Source of the DNA: Bacteroidota bacterium
Lineage (GTDB): Bacteria > Bacteroidota > Bacteroidia > UKL13-3
Direction: 5' to 3'
NCBI GenBank assembly: GCA_027487625.1
Contig: JAIYDG010000641.1
Location: 1-56,395 of the forward strand
DNA: 56,395 bases
In this document: in pieces, positions 50,012-56,395 of the stretch
Numbering within the stretch: position 1 is the first letter of the stretch
Layout of the letters: every line of letters begins with the position of its first letter
The notes under the pieces: model-generated
What the model was told of the DNA's origin: nothing
What the model saw: the letters and a program-made list of their open reading frames with translations, nothing else
Databases searched by the model: none
Translations under genes and position numbers: made by a program

Positions 50012-51415
50012 ATGAAAAAAGAATTAAATAACCCTAAAGTAATTCGTGCCTGGACTATGTATGACTGGGCTAATTCGGTTTTTTCACTGACCATTGCTAC
50101 AGCTATATTCCCGCCTTTTTATGAAAGCGTTAGTAAAGCAGCATCAATTGCCCAAGGAAATTCAGTAAATGCACCTTATTATTTAGATATATTAGGTTAT
50201 AAAATTGTTAATACTGCATTGTATTCATATGCATTATCACTTGGGTTTCTTTTAGTGGCTTTTAGTTCTCCAATTCTTTCTGGAATTGCAGATGCAAGAA
50301 AAAACAAAAAATTCTTCATGCAATTATTCTGTTACCTAGGAAGTTTAAGCTGCATTCTTATGTATTTTATGTCGCCTGAAACAGTTTACATAGGAATTCT
50401 ACTCTTTGTTTTAAGTCTATTTGGTTTTGGAGGAAGTTTAGTTTTTTATAATGCATTTCTGCCAGAAATTGCAACTGAAGATAAATATGACGAAGTGAGT
50501 GCAAAAGGATTTTCAATGGGATACATTGGTTCAGTAATCCTATTGGTAATAAACCTTCTTGTTATTTTAAAACACGATTTATTCTTCCCTTATCATACAA
50601 AAGCATATGAACTAAATGCAGCAGGTATGAATATGACGGAAGCTATTCAAACTGCAAAATCATATTACGAAGTATTAGCAATCAAACTTAGTTTTGTTAT
50701 GGTTGGTTTATGGTGGGCAGGATTTGCTCAAATTACCTTTAGAAATTTAAAAGAAGACAAATCGAACGTACTTAATATCGAAGGAAATATTTTCCATAAA
50801 GGTTTTACTGAAATCAAAAAGGTTTATAAAGAAATCATGTTACCTCATAATAATCGAATGAGAAATTATTTATTGGGCTATTTGTTTTCGAGCATGGGCG
50901 TTCAAACTGTTATGTATGTAGCTAGTTTATTTGGTTCACAAGAACTAAAAATGGAAACATCTGAATTAATTCTAACCATATTAATCATTCAAATTATTGC
51001 GATTGGCGGAGCATATATGTTCTCAAAAATTTCAGGCTTAATTGGAAATATCTATACTATACTCATCATGCTTGTTATCTGGATTGGAATTACTGTTGCG
51101 GCTTACATGGTTAGTTCATCTGAACAATTTTATGCATTAGCAGTGGTTGTGGGAATAGTAATGGGAGGCATTCAAAGCATGTTTAGGTCGACATTTGCCA
51201 AACTAATACCAGAAGAAAGTAATGAAACAGCATCATATTTTAGTTTTTTTGATGTGAGTGAAAAAATCGCAATCGTGCTTGGGACATTGGTTTACGGCAT
51301 TTTAATAGACATAACCGGGAATATGCGAACATCGGTATTAGCATTGATGCTGTTTTTTTTAGTAGGTTTGTTTTTCATTTCAAGAATAAAAAACTTCAAA
51401 GGACAAACCATTTAA
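50012..51415 (+). CDS. MFS transporter (UMF1/ATG22-like)
   Basis: AWTMYDWANS, PILSGIAD, FYNAFLPEIA, SAKGFSMGYIG; about 12 TM helices. Confidence 0.92.
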   Translation: MKKELNNPKVIRAWTMYDWANSVFSLTIATAIFPPFYESVSKAASIAQGNSVNAPYYLDILGYKIVNTALYSYALSLGFLLVAFSSPILSGIADARKNKKFFMQLFCYLGSLSCILMYFMSPETVYIGILLFVLSLFGFGGSLVFYNAFLPEIATEDKYDEVSAKGFSMGYIGSVILLVINLLVILKHDLFFPYHTKAYELNAAGMNMTEAIQTAKSYYEVLAIKLSFVMVGLWWAGFAQITFRNLKEDKSNVLNIEGNIFHKGFTEIKKVYKEIMLPHNNRMRNYLLGYLFSSMGVQTVMYVASLFGSQELKMETSELILTILIIQIIAIGGAYMFSKISGLIGNIYTILIMLVIWIGITVAAYMVSSSEQFYALAVVVGIVMGGIQSMFRSTFAKLIPEESNETASYFSFFDVSEKIAIVLGTLVYGILIDITGNMRTSVLALMLFFLVGLFFISRIKNFKGQTI

Positions 51416-51416
51416 A

Positions 51417-52148
51417 ATGGCAGCAATAAAGGTTGAGATTTTAATTCCATGTTTTATAGATCAGTTTAAACCAGAAACAGGTTTAAATATGGTAAAGGTT
51501 TTAGAAAAAGCCGGATGTATGGTACATTATAATCCGGAGCAAACTTGTTGTGGCTTGCCTGCTTTTAATGCTGGATATTGGGAAGATTCAAGACAAGTTG
51601 CAGAAAAGTTTTTGAATGAAATTTCAACTGATAAAAACTTAGTTTGTGGCGCTGGTGCTTGCACTGCCATGATAAGAAACTCATACGACCTGTTATTCCA
51701 AAACTCGAGCTACCACAATAAATACAGACAATTACAAAAGAAATCGTTTGAACTAAGTGAGTTTTTAGTAGATGTTTTAAAAGTCGAAAATCTGGGTTCA
51801 AAATTTGAAGGTAAAGTTGCTTTTTTTGATTCATGTCAAGCATCTGAACATTGCAAAATTAAAACGCAGCCACGTTTATTATTACAACAAGTTGAAGGAA
51901 TAGAACTTGTTGAGTTGCCAAAACAAGGATTGTGTTGTGGGTTTGGTGGAACATTTTCAGTGAATTCTGAAGCCTTATCAGTATCAATGGCTAAAGAAGT
52001 GATTGATCAAGTAATTGAAAGTGGTGCAAAATATTTAATCTCTACTGATTATTCTTGTTTGATTCAGATAGATAGTGTTTTAAAGAAACAAGGTAATACC
52101 CAAATAGAGGTATTACATATTGCAGATATTCTTGCTTCAGGAATTTAA
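51417..52148 (+). CDS. CCG-domain Fe-S protein (LutA/LldE/YkgE family)
   Basis: IPCFIDQF, QTCCGLP, DSC, CCGFGGTFS. Confidence 0.88.
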   Translation: MAAIKVEILIPCFIDQFKPETGLNMVKVLEKAGCMVHYNPEQTCCGLPAFNAGYWEDSRQVAEKFLNEISTDKNLVCGAGACTAMIRNSYDLLFQNSSYHNKYRQLQKKSFELSEFLVDVLKVENLGSKFEGKVAFFDSCQASEHCKIKTQPRLLLQQVEGIELVELPKQGLCCGFGGTFSVNSEALSVSMAKEVIDQVIESGAKYLISTDYSCLIQIDSVLKKQGNTQIEVLHIADILASGI

Positions 52149-52163
52149 TTAATCAAAAAAAAT

Positions 52164-53066
52164 ATGGTACTAGTTGTTTTAGCTCTGATTGTTTTCGGAG
52201 TTTCGTTTGCGTTGGCTAAAAATATCCAAACTGCAAAAATCGCGCCTTTACTTAGAGGCTTATCGCTGGTACTTGCTTTAGTGGGCATATCTACCGCATG
52301 TTTTAAGCAAATTGACGCAGGTCATGTTGGCGTAAAAAGCTTGTTTGGAAACATTGAAGATGATGTTCTTCAAAGCGGATTACATTTTGTAAATCCTTTA
52401 AAAGAAGTAAAAGAAATTGATACCAAAACTCAAAACTATACCATGAGTGGTGTTCATGATGAAGGAGAAAAAGAAGGTGATGATGCCATTCGGGTTTTAA
52501 CGGCTGATGGATTGGAAGTAACAATTGACTTAACTGTTTTATACAATGTAAAAGCCGACAAAGCTCCCTTTTTACTAAGAGAAGTTGGAATAGATTATAG
52601 AGATAAAATTGTTAGGCCAATAACTCGCACTAAGATTAGAGACAATGCAGTTTATTATGATGCAGTTGCCTTGTATTCATCAAAAAGAGATGAGTTCCAA
52701 AACAGAATTTTCAAAACTATTGAAGTTGATTTTAACAAAAGAGGTTTAGAACTAGAGCAATTATTGGTTAGAAATATCACATTACCACAATCGGTAAAAG
52801 GTAGTATTGAAGAAAAAATTAGAGCTGAACAAGATGCTCAGAAAATGCAGTTTGTTTTACAAAAAGAAAGACAAGAAGCAGATAGAAAAAGAGTGGAAGC
52901 TCAAGGTATTGCCGATTATCAAAAGATTATCAGTAGTGGTTTAGGAGATAAACAATTGCAATACGAAAGCATCAAAGCTAATTTAGAACTAGCAAAATCA
53001 CCGAATACAAAAGTAATCATCATGGGAGGAAAAGGCGGTTCTCCTTTTATTATTGATACAAAATAA
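52164..53066 (+). CDS. SPFH/prohibitin (band 7) family membrane protein
   Basis: IDAGHVGV, GLHFVNP, LTADGL.VTID, IEEKIRAEQ, EAQGIA. Confidence 0.93.
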   Translation: MVLVVLALIVFGVSFALAKNIQTAKIAPLLRGLSLVLALVGISTACFKQIDAGHVGVKSLFGNIEDDVLQSGLHFVNPLKEVKEIDTKTQNYTMSGVHDEGEKEGDDAIRVLTADGLEVTIDLTVLYNVKADKAPFLLREVGIDYRDKIVRPITRTKIRDNAVYYDAVALYSSKRDEFQNRIFKTIEVDFNKRGLELEQLLVRNITLPQSVKGSIEEKIRAEQDAQKMQFVLQKERQEADRKRVEAQGIADYQKIISSGLGDKQLQYESIKANLELAKSPNTKVIIMGGKGGSPFIIDTK

Positions 53067-53075
53067 TTTCTTGAA

Positions 53076-54134
53076 ATGGATTTGATTTACAAGCACGAAG
53101 ATTTATTTGCTTTCACAAAAACCGTTTTTACAAAAAGCGGTATGAACGAAAGCGATGCAGCCCTTTCTGCAAAGGTTTTATTGGAGGCTGATTTAAGAGG
53201 TATAGATTCGCATGGCGTTGCTCGATTAAGCGGTTATATCAGACTTAAAGATGCAAATAGAGCCAACATGAATGCAAACTGGAAAGTAATTCATGAGACC
53301 CCATCAACAGCCACTATAGATGCAGATGGAGGCTTGGGTTTAGTTGTTGCTAACAAAGCTATGGAGATTGCTATAAAAAAAGCCAAAGCTGTTGGAACAG
53401 GATGGGTTGCAATTCAAAATTCAAATCACTTTGGCATCGCAGCAGCACATGCAATGATGGCTTTAGAACATGACATGATTGGCTTTGCCATGACGAATGC
53501 GAGTCCATTGGTTGCACCCACGCATTCTAAAGAAAGAATGTTGGGGACCAATCCAATTTGTGCCTGCTTCCCAACCGCAAATGAGTTACCATTTGTATTA
53601 GATATGGCAACGAGTGCTGCAGCTAATGGCAAATTAGAAATCGCACAAAGAAAAGGAAAAGACTTACCTAATGATTGGGTACAAACCAAAGATGGATTAC
53701 CAAGTAATGATGCACATGAATTAAAAAATGGAGGCTCTTTACTTCCATTAGGCGGACATAAAGGTTATGGATTGGCGGCAATGGTTGATATCATGAGTGC
53801 AGTACTTTCAGGAGCAAATTATGGACCATGGGTACCTCCATTTGTTGCATTTTTAAATCCGCTTGAAAACTTACCTGGCAATGGAATTGGGCATTTTGTT
53901 GGAGCTATGAGAATTGATGCATTTAGACCAGCAAATGAATTCAAAACTCATATGGACAATTGGATAAAACGATTCAAAGAATCAATTCCTATTGATGCAA
54001 ATCAACCCGTTTTGATACCTGGTGAAATTGAATACAAGACCAAAAAAGATAGATTGCTTTCTGGAATTCCTTTGAATGAAAATGTGGTGAAGGATTTGGA
54101 AGCATTGGCGAATTCACTTTCGATAACGTTTTAA
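53076..54134 (+). CDS. Ldh_2 family (type 2 malate/L-lactate dehydrogenase) oxidoreductase
   Basis: ADLRGIDSHG, NSNHFG, GTNPI, LDMATS, GHKGYGL. Confidence 0.93.
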   Translation: MDLIYKHEDLFAFTKTVFTKSGMNESDAALSAKVLLEADLRGIDSHGVARLSGYIRLKDANRANMNANWKVIHETPSTATIDADGGLGLVVANKAMEIAIKKAKAVGTGWVAIQNSNHFGIAAAHAMMALEHDMIGFAMTNASPLVAPTHSKERMLGTNPICACFPTANELPFVLDMATSAAANGKLEIAQRKGKDLPNDWVQTKDGLPSNDAHELKNGGSLLPLGGHKGYGLAAMVDIMSAVLSGANYGPWVPPFVAFLNPLENLPGNGIGHFVGAMRIDAFRPANEFKTHMDNWIKRFKESIPIDANQPVLIPGEIEYKTKKDRLLSGIPLNENVVKDLEALANSLSITF

Positions 54135-54278
54135 TGTAGATTCTATTGGGAGTAGATATAGAGTAAATTGATGTAGCAATTAGATAGGAATAACTAATTT
54201 TTATTGATGATCCAACATTTAAAGTATTACAAAATATCTTCTAGATAATGTTGATTTAGACCTCATTTATTAAAAAAA

Positions 54279-54931
54279 TTGAAAAAAATTGTATTTATAA
54301 TACTGTTAGGTTTATGGGGATGTAATATAAATAACCCTTTAGATGAATTGCAAGAGAATGTAGTCTTTTCAAATGAAAGTAATTGTTATTTAAACCTTGA
54401 CTCACTTGGTTCTATGGATAACTATATACTATTTTATCGAGCTGCGAAAAGGAATGGACTTAAAACAATTAAACCTTACATAAAAACAGTTCATGGAAAA
54501 CGCATAAGCCTTAGAGAACTAAGACCTAAAACCGGAAGAGGTTATTTTTTTGATGGAAGGTCGCGGTTTATAATGAACTAGATTTCTATTGTTATTGGAG
54601 TACTGGAAAATCAAATAATTTCATTGACAAAATTTCAATAAGTAAGAAGTTTAATTCTAAAGAAGACTTAATGAATGAAATTATAAAATTCTACACTGAA
54701 AATTCTTCACTAAAAATGGCAAATGAACCTGATAAATCTGAACTAGAAATTTACATTACACCAAATGATGACGAATTATCAAAATGCAAAGATTTAATTG
54801 AATTATCAGCTATTGCATATCAAAGATTTCTAAAAACTACAAAAAAAAATGGAATTCCTTTTTCTGTTGTATTAAGTCCAAAAATTGACAATAATAGAAT
54901 GAAAAGAATAATCGAAAAAGAAAACAAATGA
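54279..54931 (+). pseudogene. Hypothetical lipoprotein gene split by a single frameshift (or sequencing error)
   Basis: ORF 54279-54581 has lipobox LWGC. The frame of ORF 54671-54931 is open back to 54554 and overlaps it, so one added base near 54555-54560 would fuse them into about 217 aa. Confidence 0.65.
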
Positions 54932-55364
54932 TTCTCATTTTTACAATTTTTAATGAACCAATTTCAATTTAAAAATCATTATTATTGACGATTTTAGAAA
55001 AGGTATTTAAATTAGTTATAAAATTAAAAATCCTTTTTATCCAGTATCTATTCATTTGCAAGCCGCAACAAATTCAATTCTATATAAAAACGAATCTCAA
55101 GCCCTTTTTAAAGAAATCACTTCAACAATACCATTGTAAATAAACAAATATTCAGGAATGGTTGCTACTTGCATTTGATACCACTTTAAATCGAAATGTT
55201 TATGCCATTTAATATTCACCATGACGAATCGCGTTGTTAAAGGATGAGGGCGGTGTGCTTATTTTATAACAATTTAATATTATCTTAAAGGCAATTAAAT
55301 GATTTGAAGAAGGTTCTTGTCCATAAAGAAGCTTTTGTTATTTTTGGTAAATACCTCCACCCTT

Positions 55365-56078
55365 ATGAATAATTTTTCAAGGCTTTTTTGTTTGATGTCA
55401 GCGCTTTGGTGTTTAACAGCATGCACCGTTAGTAACAATTTATATATCGCCAATCCAAACCCAATGGGTAAAGGAAACAACATGGCCTATATTGGTGTTG
55501 GCACAGGTGTACAGTTAAAAATAGATTCAGTAAACAAGGATAATGGTAATATCAATTTCTCAAATAAAATAGCAACTGCACCTATTCTGGCAATTGGAGG
55601 TCAATTTGGAATTTCAAAGAAAACAGACATTCGCTTGGCTGTTCATTTTCCTAAAATAATCGGAGGTTTTGGTATCCGTGCAGGTTTACAACATAGTTTT
55701 TGGGAATCAAATTCCAAAATAAATATTGCTTTAGGAGTTGATTTAGGCGGTGTATTTTCCAGAGATTCAATAAAAATTTTAGGTTCAAAAACATCAGTAA
55801 ACAAAGAAACCAATGGGGCTTTAAACGCTGATTTCTTTATCCCATTTTCTGTAAAATTGAATACAAACACATCATTGATTATAACACCTAGATATAGTTT
55901 TAACACTTTTTATATCCGCAGGAACCAATTATACAATGAGGCTAACAATTTTAACTTATCCTATCCAGCTTTATCACTAGGGATTAAAAGTAAGAAAATG
56001 TATTTTGAAATTACCACGATTTCGTACGATAATAAGTTATATCCCCATTTTGGATTTGCTCGATTATTAGATTTTTGA
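55365..56078 (+). CDS. Hypothetical lipoprotein / small outer-membrane beta-barrel
   Basis: Likely start ATG 55365; lipobox LTAC; alternating beta strands and C-terminal Phe. Confidence 0.7.
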   Translation: MNNFSRLFCLMSALWCLTACTVSNNLYIANPNPMGKGNNMAYIGVGTGVQLKIDSVNKDNGNINFSNKIATAPILAIGGQFGISKKTDIRLAVHFPKIIGGFGIRAGLQHSFWESNSKINIALGVDLGGVFSRDSIKILGSKTSVNKETNGALNADFFIPFSVKLNTNTSLIITPRYSFNTFYIRRNQLYNEANNFNLSYPALSLGIKSKKMYFEITTISYDNKLYPHFGFARLLDF

Positions 56079-56126
56079 GGTCGTTTTTCAAAAATAAATC
56101 GCATTCTAAATCATTAAAACAAATGG

Positions 56127-56384
56127 ACGATTATCCACATGTATACCAGAAGAATTTTTAATAAATACAGCATCTGTATTGAGAATTATTTTCAAAAACT
56201 TTTTGAAATTAAATTGCTCTATTCAATGAAATTAATGACCCCGAAGGCGGTCAAATGTTTATAGAAAAATGCCGTAAACCAAATTCCCCCAAACGGACGC
56301 GAACCTTTGGTTCGCGTCCGTTTGGGGGTGAGGGCAATTCATTCATTTTTGTTTACTACTATAATGTCATCCCTATGGGATTTT
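56127..56384. repeat. Dispersed ~260 bp REP/REPIN-like hairpin element, copy B
   Basis: Colinear with 761-1015. Contains GACCCCGAAGGCGGTCAAATGTTTATAG (56237-56264), a perfect 20-bp stem 56286-56305/56309-56328 with TTT loop, and an inverted unit ...ATAATGTCATCCCTATGGGATTTT (ending 56384). Confidence 0.8.
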
Positions 56385-56395
56385 AGGAAATTTCG

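Noticed and set aside
54932-55364. ~430-bp intergenic region as ncRNA or gene remnant
   Set aside because: I could not see a convincing structure, repeat or ORF.
1517-55906. Many short antisense or alternate-frame ORFs in the track (e.g. 1517-1771, 3479-3763, 7728-8012, 21359-21619, 25263-25535, 39801-40070, 42646-42947, 53426-53689, 55643-55906)
   Set aside because: They are shadows of well-supported genes and show no recognisable motifs.
761-56384. The two hairpin repeats as ends of a 55-kb composite mobile element
   Set aside because: The copies are clearly diverged and enclose essential housekeeping genes, with no transposase. Independent dispersed copies fit better.
1-56395. CRISPR array, prophage, IS transposase, integron integrase, rRNA
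   Set aside because: No regularly spaced repeats or hallmark proteins were seen in the window.

Overview
This is an AT-rich Bacteroidota chromosomal segment, judged from T9SS C-terminal domains, a PorV-family gene and TAnnTTTG promoters. Most of it is core genome: recO, ruvC, greA, mgtE, rsmA, pepA, pdxA, yceD-rpmF-plsX-fabH-accB-accC, ahcY, pdxJ, purA, fur, relA/spoT, tRNA-Leu-tig-clpP-clpX. Five things stand out. (1) A three-gene Lamassu/ABC-3C anti-phage system (SMEK-type effector, middle component, ABC/SMC-like ATPase) is packaged as a solitary integron-type gene cassette at 1085-4243. It has an attC-like hairpin split by its recombination point, sits at a non-attI GAT site, has its own promoter, and no integrase is in the window. 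(2) A ~260 bp non-coding element occurs twice (761-1015 and 56127-56384), with REP-like ends and a long perfect hairpin showing compensatory changes. (3) An uncharacterised operon encodes a TonB-dependent-type barrel, a 1289-aa T9SS cargo and a PorV-family barrel, with no SusD. (4) A redoxin is paired with a heme-c/copper-monooxygenase lipoprotein. (5) An unannotated protein has PI3K/HipA-like kinase motifs. All calls come from reading the sequence; no searches were run.
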